DNA from: Nemertoderma westbladi
Lineage: Eukaryota; Animalia; Xenacoelomorpha
NCBI GenBank assembly: GCA_032718475.1
Contig: JAUCBJ010007860.1
Span: 1-64,000, forward strand
Reading direction: 5' to 3'
Length of the DNA: 64,000 bases
Of the stretch, positions 30,901 through 39,994 are shown piece by piece (position 1 is the first letter of the stretch; each line of letters starts with the position of its first letter). A model generated the notes under the pieces. The model saw only the letters and a list, made by a program, of their open reading frames with translations, was not told where the DNA came from and did not search any database. The translations under genes and the position numbers were made by a program.

Positions 30901-33685
30901 CTCCCTTACAGAGTTCCTCTATTACTGACCTGGCCATGCTCACTGTACCTCCGTATATCGAAGTTAAACGATCGTACGCTAGTTCGAAAGCGTCCGGTAC
31001 ACCGACGAAAGTCTCCGCCAAACGTTTAGGTTCTCCTGACAACGTTTGGAGCAGGTAATTGAACTTCTCCCGTGATGTAAAGGCGCACACGGCGATCTGG
31101 GATTCGATATAGTCTACGAAGGTATGCCAGTGTTTTGAGCTACCGGAGAACTTCGGTGGTTGTTGTACCGGCAATCCCTGTCTGGCTGCGAATTTCGCTA
31201 TCTCCTCGGCAACGTTCAGAGTTTCGCGTCCTTGGTTGGTAACTTGGTTGATATCCCTTCTTGGCGCTTTTCCCTGATACGATGTGGGGTTTGAAGGTAC
31301 CGGTCTTTGTGGTTCCTTCGGGTGTCTATTGTGTTCGAATTCGGAATTTCTCGAACTGTCGGTGTAACCTTCCTCCAGACGTTCCTCGATCTGAGCCAAC
31401 TTATTGACAACTGGTCGCAGAATGTCGGCGAACTGTTGTGTACTAATTGCGTCCGTTGGTTGTAACGCCTTCGGTGTTGGTGTATTCTGTGGAGGATTGT
31501 CTGCAAAGGAGTTGTCTGAACGCTCGCGTTTATATTCATCGGCCCCCCCTGTTCTAAATACCTCGCGTTTCGGGTAATCCGATTCGCTCGAAGTACTACT
31601 ATCATCTGGATATGGTGGTCGACGTGCTCGCGTTCGTTGCGTCGTACGAATTCTCACGTTACGTTTCGGAACATCGTCCACTGATCTCCGTTGTTCGGTA
31701 GGCTCACAAGTCTTCCTCGAAGTCGTAGATTGCGATGTGAACTGGTTGAGCGGTCGCGTATCCACTGGTCTCCGTTGTTCGGTAGGCTCACAAGTCTTCC
31801 TCGAAGTCGTAGATTGCGATGCAAACTGAACCGGTGGACGAATGACAGCATTTGAATCAACTGGCCTTGTAGGTCGAAACGTCATTGGGTATTCGTAGTG
31901 CGTAACGGGTTTAGGTGTCAAAGGTGGACTCACCTGTTTTGTCGTCAGTAGTGCAGGTCCGGTCAATAAACTACTACGATCTGTAATCGGTGGGTTACTT
32001 ACCTTGACCCTCAAAATAGGCGACGACGTTGCTCTTGAAGGTATAAACTTGTCCGGAATAACAAACCTGTGTTCCGTCACACCATGGATAGGAGAGATAT
32101 CACTGCTACCAGCAATCGAAACAGGTTCCTTAGTCGTAACAGGTGCAAACATAGGAGTTACCTGAGGGAATCTTTGACATAAGTCCTTAACTAATTGTCT
32201 TTCTCGTCCAGGTGCCCCTACCGAACCTTCCTTCATTCGTTCCTGGATTTGGCGGTGCCTTACCTCTAACTGGTCTAGATCATGTCCATCACGAGATCTC
32301 ATCGATCGATCACGAGCTAGAAGATCCAGATTTTCCTTGGTTTCGGCTAATTCTCTCGCCCTTTTCTCAAGTTCGAAACGGAGTTTAACTTCCTTTTCTC
32401 GTTGTTCCGTTTGTTGTTGTTGCGCCTCCAACTCTGCTTGTCGTATCGCTTGTTGGGCTTTTATTTGCCGTGTCTTCATCTCGACTCTGGCTTCTGAAAC
32501 TAGTCGCTTTCTTTCTAACTCCGCCACTTCCGTTTGTCGCTCTAACTCGGCTGCCGCCGTTTGTCGCTCTAACTCGGCTGCCGCCGTTTGTCGCTCTAAC
32601 TCGGCTGCCGCCGTTTGTCGCTCTAACTCGGCCGTTGCCGTTCGTTGCGCTAACTCGGCCGCTGCCGCTTGTTGGTCCAACTGTCCAATGTCCAACTCTA
32701 ACCTTTCCATTTCGGCCGCTTCGAGTTCGGCTTGTTCCTGCAGATGAGAGATTCTCGCTACATTCGCGACACGTATTTTCTCTTCCTCTACCGCTGTTTG
32801 TATCATTAGAAGTTGAGCTTGTTCTTCCATATCGTGTTGCTGTCTGTAGAACTGTTGCTGTTGTCGAGCAACTTCTGACGTGACCATACTTCCCTCGCAG
32901 ATTTCGCTACGAATACTTACCAGCGATTGATTTAGTATTCCCGGTGCCGATTCGATTTGTGCAAATGAAGTTTCCCTCGTATATTCCGGCACGGTTTCCA
33001 AATCGCCGACGTCTTCGCCGCACATGCGTAAGTGGTCCGTCAGGTGTTTTAATTGTCCATCCAGTCGGTACAGTTCCTGTTCTTCCTCGGGTTGTAATAA
33101 TTCGTCCGAAACTGACTCACCTAACAACTGGTCCGCTTGTTCCTGTTGTATCTGTCTAATCGTCGACTTAAACTGAATCAGTTTCTCTCTAGTGGTCATT
33201 AGTTTCTCGAGGATTCTAAGTTGAGTATCCATGTCCTGTCTCTGTCTAGCTAGATCTTGTAGGCCAACTAGATTATCTACGGACTTATATACTTTACTCT
33301 GTACTCTAACCTGGAGGGTGTAGAACTCGAATCGAGACATCGGAGCGGTCAACCCGTCTAATATGCGTTGGCCTTCTCCAATACTCCTGGTTATATGCGC
33401 CATGTAGCCACCGACGCTTCTAACCACACTTTCTGTGCTTCCTGCTGAACTTACCATTTCCGTTTCCCTGTATCTAGGTTGCGGAACAGTTAGAAAGTCC
33501 TCGGTCCTGCCGTCACCTCGTACTACGGCATCCGGTACTCCCGTTGGATGTACTGGTGACGCACACGGTGTAGGTTCGGTAGGCTCGCGAGTCTTCCCCT
33601 GTTGTTCTTCCGCTGCTGACTTATCTCCGTCGCATGAGTCATAGTCGGTTTGTGTATTCTTCGTATAGTCTTGTTTGTCACTCAT
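24929..33685 (-). CDS. BEL/Pao gag-pol polyprotein (2918 aa)
   Basis: Motifs in order: coiled coil; PPKFSG (DUF1759-like); three Cys/His knuckles ending HDGLLH; protease ILDSAS; RT YYLPHH, KVRVV, FYVDD; RNase H LHCFSDAS, PRAELQAA, YWTD, NPADIASRG; integrase H..H..CIIC, GIDCFGP, YSDQGTNF, GVWERLI. Confidence 0.97.
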   Translation of the reverse strand: MSDKQDYTKNTQTDYDSCDGDKSAAEEQQGKTREPTEPTPCASPVHPTGVPDAVVRGDGRTEDFLTVPQPRYRETEMVSSAGSTESVVRSVGGYMAHITRSIGEGQRILDGLTAPMSRFEFYTLQVRVQSKVYKSVDNLVGLQDLARQRQDMDTQLRILEKLMTTREKLIQFKSTIRQIQQEQADQLLGESVSDELLQPEEEQELYRLDGQLKHLTDHLRMCGEDVGDLETVPEYTRETSFAQIESAPGILNQSLVSIRSEICEGSMVTSEVARQQQQFYRQQHDMEEQAQLLMIQTAVEEEKIRVANVARISHLQEQAELEAAEMERLELDIGQLDQQAAAAELAQRTATAELERQTAAAELERQTAAAELERQTAAAELERQTEVAELERKRLVSEARVEMKTRQIKAQQAIRQAELEAQQQQTEQREKEVKLRFELEKRARELAETKENLDLLARDRSMRSRDGHDLDQLEVRHRQIQERMKEGSVGAPGRERQLVKDLCQRFPQVTPMFAPVTTKEPVSIAGSSDISPIHGVTEHRFVIPDKFIPSRATSSPILRVKVSNPPITDRSSLLTGPALLTTKQVSPPLTPKPVTHYEYPMTFRPTRPVDSNAVIRPPVQFASQSTTSRKTCEPTEQRRPVDTRPLNQFTSQSTTSRKTCEPTEQRRSVDDVPKRNVRIRTTQRTRARRPPYPDDSSTSSESDYPKREVFRTGGADEYKRERSDNSFADNPPQNTPTPKALQPTDAISTQQFADILRPVVNKLAQIEERLEEGYTDSSRNSEFEHNRHPKEPQRPVPSNPTSYQGKAPRRDINQVTNQGRETLNVAEEIAKFAARQGLPVQQPPKFSGSSKHWHTFVDYIESQIAVCAFTSREKFNYLLQTLSGEPKRLAETFVGVPDAFELAYDRLTSIYGGTVSMARSVIEELCKGGAITKPVDLLKLADEIKNAITTLRSIGQLDYGNTPTVLLKIIGRLHHRLRREWRKVEYQREERGGFLKLEDVYLLISREAVVETRSNYTDQHIVAEGITLPSSNRQKPQTTSTKTATYATPTESRQFSDGNRVSAPIGTKQTRQQLSTDFNGCQYCEHLGKRYIGHKLRGCRQFRELNSEERRLQIRPLDSCWRCTRHGHVRKDCPNTDTCPSCGRNHDGLLHTDSHTPTKRFAREHPEAAARCDAAYRKRESKTTPTFVTHIEDCFSEQSGSSDEESEDDDEYSNGDEQPSIALLTTDQLKGFSVIPIKVTGTKGSKRIYAILDSASSHSYVDEKIADVVTDLKQGKRVSYTVSSMHGQRAIPVTRVKLNLDSLLPKSQHSERERSLLPFRDLTFAATKDFSNLLGPVPEQSLEDRKYFRHLGVPECPVNYRSVAMLIGTDQFNLHQVWETRPSAVVAGNAYACRTPIGWYTRAPVRTLDVSDEEDDVQSTCSLLTTNSIHSFSHDANHTTLQSTKHDRRVTSMISHKEQLTHKVSLELGGKTSQLEIPSTTDDRLASLPTPITSTVPVDIDDDALRNHQLEQAALDKELTEKTIRWLEQDTAEPGSYEPCMSEQEKQSLKIMEDTIHQTKDGHYEVGMLWRSQSPKLINNYPLALRRLHSIRQRLLKDEKAHLQYNTQMETYLTKGYAIRMTNPERVTDQTYYLPHHYVRHPDKPDKVRVVNDCAALFEGMSLNSELMDGPNMNNYLMGVIMRFRQRQVAFTCEVEAMFHQVKALERDRDSLRFLWYPEGDLSLPPATYQMQVRVFGARDSPNCTMYALKQAARDQKHLYDPEIIRIVERDFYVDDGLQSCDTVERATTVAHQLRDCLAGGGFNLTKFASNSAELVDSFGTTERGGGDIDLEFEPLPTTKVLGLFWDPNTDNFRVKVRLDSQGNTLTKRSCLSKLSRLFDPLGFISPVILQARIYMRSIWKDGLTWDEPISSDQVDLWKTWEAELSSLEDYFIPRVYFPLQSTFPDNLELHCFSDASDNGFGVAAYLRRQVESDEFDVSLITSKAKTMPTKYMTTPRAELQAATLSTTIVNLIQTELQSSLQIFYWTDATLVLFYINNDTLEFKTFVANRRAEILDRSIKGDWRHCPGPQNPADIASRGMMPEEFCKPENKEFWQHGPQFLQKSTQDWPPLYDNKSNTIPKDAEIKKPKKGKTKKKTTAAKLKKKPKAKWKDITSKVKRGRLASLSTPDISPDGQPDISPDGQPAISPDGQPDTLPDGQPDTLPDGQPDTLLDGQPDILPDASNTLTNSKAAVSLLERPSIDKQPDTLPDVSPDTLLDSRLDTSNVLTNDKAAVSLLERPCIDKLPILTHLSNHKHGETSCITDVGSTYANVNTGVTLRSRDIPNLQPMVRPGINVGRKISLPKPTDPIEFKPPLTIDLQSTDNQGKKTKKDKLLVDPDGSTVNKGILTGGPVGPSSNSKPSKFSIDLPDDVTNTYVDRIVNLTDSWTSACRKLAWIVRFVQYVKGKRDFTRRLTLAEIDRCEIKLIRHYQLRYFAREFTSISQGQPIKSSPILSWSPIIYNGLICHKSRLQNIDFNTNFSYPIIIPQHHELQRAMILDAHLHLKHAGRHHCLSYLRTRFVLIRPSKALSSVTRTCIICKKVHSRIGTQEMSELPQARLQAFRPPFTETGIDCFGPIHTKRGRILVKRWGLIFTCMSSRAVHIERVMDLSTNAFILALRRFIARRGLVKCLYSDQGTNFVGARNEIARAFKKLDQDQISNELQPHKIVWKFNPPDSPWRGGVWERLIRSIKTAMAKVIPVNHILTDDQLTTLFVEIEAILNTRPIVLVPDDKQSQFALTPAHLLMQAPTTLTPISIPIESDSYGRKAWKITQLLANKFWEIWQNHYLPSISARTTWYNNTRALKPGDHVLLAEVNLKRRFWITGVILATHPSMDGVTRTVMVRTIDGRTVDRPTQRLVLLEETRNESGDYKSPPNTSK

Positions 33686-34480
33686 TTCGGTAGTTGTAAG
33701 TCAAGTAAAGTGAGTGTCAAAGTATCGAGTTTACCGTATTTATATCTAAACGGTACTAATTACAGTCTTATAAAATTAGCCTACCGGCCGATTTTATAGC
33801 AGATGGATAAAATTAGCCTAAACGGCCAATTTTACAGCAAATAAATGTCACGGAATAAGTATATAATAAAATTAGCCTAGCGGCCAATTTTATAACAAAT
33901 AAATCAGATAACGATATGCGTTATCAAAAGGTAAATTAAATACAATAATACGGACTAATTCAGCAATGAACAAAGAAATCATACGGAATGCATAAATACT
34001 TGAGACAGTGGAACCCACAATAATTTTAACTAATACGGTAATGCCTAACTTATTTATGCAACTTTTCGAACTCACCCACTCCAATAATTCTCCAGAAAAC
34101 AGATTCCCAGATACAAACCGAACGTGAACCTTTCCGTTTTTAACGTTGCGGACGAAACGCGATTTTCCCAACCAAAGTTGTTGAGTTATCTATCTCCCAA
34201 ACTTGCTAAACACGGTCTTGCTCCCGTTACAGTCTAGAAATGAGTTCTGAATCCTGAAAAAACAAAAGAGTTAGGTTTTACTTTACGAAAAATTTTGTAC
34301 CGGTACAATATGGTATTTAAACCCTTTTAAACACCGGTATTCAATTCCAAAAATATTTTACACGCGGTTCAAATCAAATTTTATTTCAAAATTAGCACTT
34401 AGCTAATCAAATACAAATTTTTACCTCAAAATACAAAATTTTCAAATAACTTTAGTCCTACTGAACCGTAGTTCAGTAAA

Positions 34481-34492
34481 TCACATTCCTAC
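34481..34492 (-). promoter_or_regulatory. Primer-binding site, non-tRNA type (GTAGGAATGTGA), complementary to an LTR-internal 12-mer
   Basis: It is flush with the 5' LTR end and lacks the TGG start expected for tRNA-CCA pairing. The plus-strand sequence here is the exact reverse complement of 35543-35554. Confidence 0.7.
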
Positions 34493-36421
34493 TAATTGAA
34501 GAGATACGCCTATTCCTACTATTGGAAGAGACGGTAATAATACCTGCAATATCTTACTGTAAAGTTTGTAAATCAAATCATAAATCCGACCTTCTCACCA
34601 AAACAGTAAACTCTAAGTAAGCGAATATATTGCAGTATTGATCTCTTATAACCGGTGAGGCAGAAAACAGTCTACGAGCAGACAAACTTCGATGAAACAA
34701 AATCCCGCGCAGCGAATCCTAAAATCAGGCTGACTCACTGACGGACTAAGGGGCTCGTATACTTTGCCGCGGTGTGATTTATATGGTTGGGCAAAGGGAC
34801 GCTAGCTAGGTACAGGCAGAGATTTGGAGATGTCTAACTAGCGGGCAAAGCACAGTACGGACAAAGTTAATTTTATATATTTCGAGGTGTAAATAATTTC
34901 TAACGCGCGTGTGTTGATTCTGAACGGTCAAAACAGTTTTGCTCCTTCACATATATAATTACTGGGTACGGTGTGCATTTTACGAATATTCTAATTTTAT
35001 AACTTGTAGGTCCAATACTCACGAATGATAAGGTTCCTTCCCCTCTTGCGTATTTCCAGGACTCAAATTCAGGCATAAGGTTAATACTACGCCCAGAATT
35101 CGGCAATTTTAGGTACCAGGTCCCTGATACTAAGAAGAGATGTGTTAGTTTACTACTGTAGGCGTACAGGTACTAATAGCTATCCTGGCTCCTATCTAGA
35201 ATTTTAGTCACCCAGGTAGTCCGGGTAACTTCCTATTAGGGCGTTGGCGGGGACACGGTAGATGTTAGTATATCCCTGATAGCCTCAATTTATTTGCGCC
35301 TAGTGTAAACTGCCCTACCGCCCGAACGGTACAATCCCAATTCAGGTGAAAACACAGCAACCCCCCTAGCCTACAAGTTCTAATGCAATGGACACTGTTG
35401 TACTGCAAATAGTCGCACGCGCACCTGTACTTAGCAAGAGTTAAGCGTACAGTTTGCTGCACCCTAACCAATGTGTATGCCTTGTACCGGTGTGCCTACG
35501 TCCTATCTGCGTACTAGTATCTGCCTGCGCTCTCCCTCCCCCGTAGGAATGTGAAGGTCTACTGTGGGTTTTCCTGAATCAAGACAGTACAGTCCCTATG
35601 ATGTAATTTTGGGCTTACAGCGTGTCACTACGTCTACCTTTTGATCTTTTGGTCTTATACTTAGGTAGCAAGGATCGAACGCTGTCTAACCTTTCAGGCG
35701 ATGGGCGAATAACTCTAAATGGTATTGCGGGTTGTCTCTCGTCTACATTCCCGTGATGTTCCCGTTCATTGCTGCGGCCCGATCTCTAGCCGGCCATCCT
35801 GTCCCTGAGTTTGTTCACCGTAGTGAATTCATAGTAAAACAGATAGAAAAGCTGAGAGAATATTCTGACTTTATTACAGAAGACACAATTATAATACAAT
35901 GTAATCTGAGAATAAACTAAGCACGACAGAGAGATTGATTGAATGATAGATAGAATGTATAAGAAGTTTGTGTAAGTATAATAACTAATGAACGAAATCG
36001 CACCTTTATATACTAAATTTGTGCCGCAATCAATCGAGAAAATTCTCGATTGTTCTATAGATTCTAACAAGGTTTTAAAGATAGCTATTGGTCCAGCTAA
36101 TATATAACTTACACGACATTGGTTACAATCAAATAACTACAGCCTTATTGGTACAGACAAATGCAATTAATTTGTAGCGGTTAATTTAAATGAGTTGAAA
36201 TTCTGCACAAAAAATAATTCGTACTTACTAGGATTCGAACTCGATACCTACTACACATATAATTTCCAACGCTCTACCAACTGAGCTACTGAACCACTTG
36301 ACCGATAGATGTACAATAGATAGAACCAATACTAATGAGAACTCAAAGCAATCTTTACAAAGTTAATTCGAATAAAATAAAATTTTGAAAATCCACGGCA
36401 TTTAGGGAATATAATTCTATA
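34493..36421 (-). repeat. 5' LTR (1929 bp)
   Basis: Direct repeat of 16577-18503. It contains an element-sense AATAAA at 35289-35294 and the Pol III cassette at 36209-36295. Confidence 0.96.
36209..36295 (-). promoter_or_regulatory. tRNA-derived Pol III cassette inside the 5' LTR
   Basis: Same A box, B box and T6 layout as 18291-18377. Confidence 0.65.
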
Positions 36422-39400
36422 CACAAATTTTTCGTGCGGTTTGTTTACGCTAAGTATTTTAGAGTGTTATGAACCTCGTTCTTCACTCACTACGTCCGTT
36501 CGTGTAACAAACCATTCGAATCAGCGCACAGTAGATTTACGCTTTATACCTAACAATTATTATATTTAATTATTTAATTTAATATTTAATTTAATTATTA
36601 TATATTAACAATTATTATATTTTTCACTGTATAAGTGTTCATGACAACTTTTATGATAGTAATAATTATACATATCTACAGTAGCACAATATCTTTAAAT
36701 TGTACCCAATCGCGTTGTGTGTAACCGTCTCATTAATTCATATATTATTTTTATTCGAAATGTAAATATTATGTAACTACAAAGGTAGAGGTAGAAAAGG
36801 ATGTACAAAATGTAATTACCATAGTAAAACGGCGGGCGGGTGGGATACCAAAATAGTAGTAGCGTCCACAGGACCCAACATGTAGGCAGGGTCCGTTGCC
36901 GATACTTCCGCTACAGGCCAACCACTAATTACTTTCATTTTACTGATTATCTGCATACTGTACCGGTTACCGGTCCGATACAACAGTTGACCTACCTCAC
37001 ACGTCGTAGCTAAAATCATAAGCGTCAGACGTCAGTACCGGTATGTCAAAACAGCATTTTAACGTTATATATAATTTGTACCGGTACGAGTAGGCACAAG
37101 CGAAGCTATCTGTTTCTGTATACTGTCGCTACAATTAACACGCAACACGTACAGTAGCACCTAGTGAAATTTAATGTTAAATTTAACATTAGCGGCGTTT
37201 GTTTGATAAAAAAAATGTTAAAATTTTTGAATAAAATTAGATATTCCAAGTCTAATCTGGCACTCAGTTCTCGACTCTATCACAACCCTTGAAGAAATAA
37301 AATAGTTAAATTATTGATGATCAACTTCTGGCAACCCTAAAGTAATAATGCTTCCAATTACCTCACGAAGTCAAGAATAGTCGCATTCGTACCCAAGTTA
37401 TTAAGTGGGAGTTACTTCATCAAAACAACATGTGTAAGTATAGTTTTATATTTTTTGCAAAAATATATTAAATAGGCCTACTGTAGGATAGCCTGCCAAT
37501 TCAGCATTGGCAGTAGTGACGAGTGCGACGAGGTTTGGCATGTAATGGGATTTGGACTTGCGGGCACTTCATGAATTTGGATTGGGACAATTTTTTTTCT
37601 ACAACTTATACTGTAGTAGTATAACTAAAATTGGTTTACTTCCGCGCGATTGAAAGATATGAGAGTGAGAACCTCTAGCAGTTATGTAAGTTTTGTAAGT
37701 TTGTATCCACTTAAAAACCAAAGTAAAAAAGGTAAGATTTTATGATGTTAGAATTACAATTTTGGAATAATAATGAATAATAATTAATGTATTTGTTTAT
37801 GGATAGTCTAGGCAACTCACACTATGGTAACTAAATCAGCAAGCGCTATACAGTATAGTAGTAGCAATATAGTTAAGCAGACTGCTAGCTATCATTATAA
37901 TTAAGATTAGGGTTCAATGTTAGTAAACCAAACATCATTCGCAGATAATTTTATTGCTCTCCAAAATTTTTGTATGTGTAATTTATAAAAAAATTGTTGG
38001 GCTAGAAACAATGAATTAGGGTTAACAAGGTGTCCTGAATCGAGTTGCGGGGTGTGTTGTTGTAAAAAATTTGTTGGAACTGGTTGAAATGGCGGGATTG
38101 TAAGCGCAGGAAGCAAATTTTGAAAATCGACTGTGATTGGATGCTACATATTTGACATCAGTACAAAATGCTCTGATCTTTCTGATATTTTTCATCGTGG
38201 TTTCTATGGAGGGTGATTTTTGATCCATTCAATTACACATTAAATCTCAATCATTTCACACATAGCTAATATCAATTGAAAGTGGAGAGTCTTGCGCGTC
38301 TTTTGACACTACAATTAATTAAATTCATGATGGGGAAGATTGATTCGAGAATCAGCAACCCAGAATACCTAAAAAGGTGAAAATTTTCTAGTATGGTATA
38401 AGTAAATTTTGGGTACAAATTGAAAATTGCAGGTTATTAGTTTTCTTTTTCAATACCTTGCTTTGAAGCATTTATGGAAACACCCCTGACACAGGACTGG
38501 TGGATCGACAGACAGCACAGTGATGCACCACATGTTAACTGGACTGGGATAGATTCGTTCCAATATCGGTGACGTCGGTACTTAAATATATGTTTGGGGG
38601 GGGGGGGGGGGGGGCTCCAGTTTTCACAAATTCTGCGGGGGTTGTCATGATTGGTAACATAACAACAAAAATCCGTCCGTTGTAAAACTACTCTGATTGC
38701 ACACCACACTTGGTCTTTGGTCTTCGCTTGTGCAAAGGGAGCCAATACACGTCCTATTAGGCTCTCCAGTATGGATATCCCACTTTTGTAAGGACCCAGC
38801 GATGAAGTCATTGGAATTGACATAAATGTTGTGATTAATTGTTGAAGTTAGCCGCTACTGTATCTATTTAAAGGGTAGGACATGTGTTACGGTATATGGC
38901 GCTGTACCTACATTATGTAATATATTAGTCCGTTATACTGTACATATATTAGTCCATCATACAGTATAATATATTAGTCCATTATATAGTATCATATATT
39001 AGTCCGTGATGCAGTATAATTATTTAGATAAGGCATAACGCGCAATGATATTTAGATAAGGAAATTGAAACGCCCATATATTTTGACTCACCCATTTTGT
39101 ATAGTATGTAGCCCTACCTATGTAATTTTGTAATAGGATATAAGTAGATAGTTCCAGGGTAGCAAGTCCTTGTTGGACCCTGGATATGGGCTTGCCGTTA
39201 TTAGCCTTGATGAGGCTAGCTACTGGTTTTAATTTCTCTATAATTGCGGTAAATTAATATTTGTGCATGATATTATTAGTACCGCCAAATTAAGCATCGG
39301 GAAAATTACCTTTTATGGTGGCAATTTGCGATTTCAGGGAGCAATAGGTTCACAATCCGGCTCTCTTATTGGCCTAACTGCTTCCAGGTTGGTCTAATGG

Positions 39401-39994
39401 TAGCTCGGATTGGGGAGCCAATGAGAGATCGATTGCATCACCCTTCTCAAATCACCTATAAATTGGCGTACTTCCATTGTACCACAACCTTCCACAACCA
39501 CACCCCACACAGCTCACCTTCACCTTATTCCTGTTCAACTATTATTCGATGCTTAGTTTTTCTGTGTAAATTACTGCCCTTTTGATTTTCTTGCAATTAT
39601 TCGCTAATTTGCAATTTCTGTTTGATTCTTGTTTATGTTTCTCAATCAATCTCAACGATCACTGTTAATTACAAATTGGAACTATGATTTCTACCCTTTA
39701 GTAAATGGTTCTATGTGATTCCTTTCGACAATAATCCTACAGGATTTCTTAGACTGTCAGACTTTGTGATTTGCATGTGCCGCTACGGTAGCTATTCATT
39801 CTGATGGAGGGCTAGGGTACCGGTAAGCGCGGCGGGCGCATTGGGGGGTTAGCGACGCGGGAGTGCGGAGGATTCAAAGACAAGCAACATTGGGGGGATT
39901 ACTATTGCGTGTGCAAGTTTGCAGCGTAGAGTGAGTCAGGTACGCCGGTTCAGTAATTAGGGGCTGATGATCCAGATTTTGTCTCTATTTTGTA

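Larger units (their letters stand above)
16577..36421 (-). mobile_element. Full-length BEL/Pao LTR retrotransposon (19,845 bp) with an extra ORF
   Basis: It has two near-identical 1.9-kb LTRs, a 5-bp TSD CACAA (16572-16576 and 36422-36426) and a gag-pol ORF with BEL/Pao motifs. The empty site ttaattacacaaatttttcg is present in unit B at about 57490-57507. Confidence 0.97.

Noticed and set aside
32337-32883. Antisense ORFs over gag repeats, and other short ORFs opposite pol, ORF2 and SAMHD1
   Set aside because: They are shadows of repetitive or codon-biased sense ORFs.
36816-38823. Short ORFs as exons of a host gene
   Set aside because: There are no recognisable domains and the frames differ between units. 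A few GTAAG donor-like sites are not enough support.
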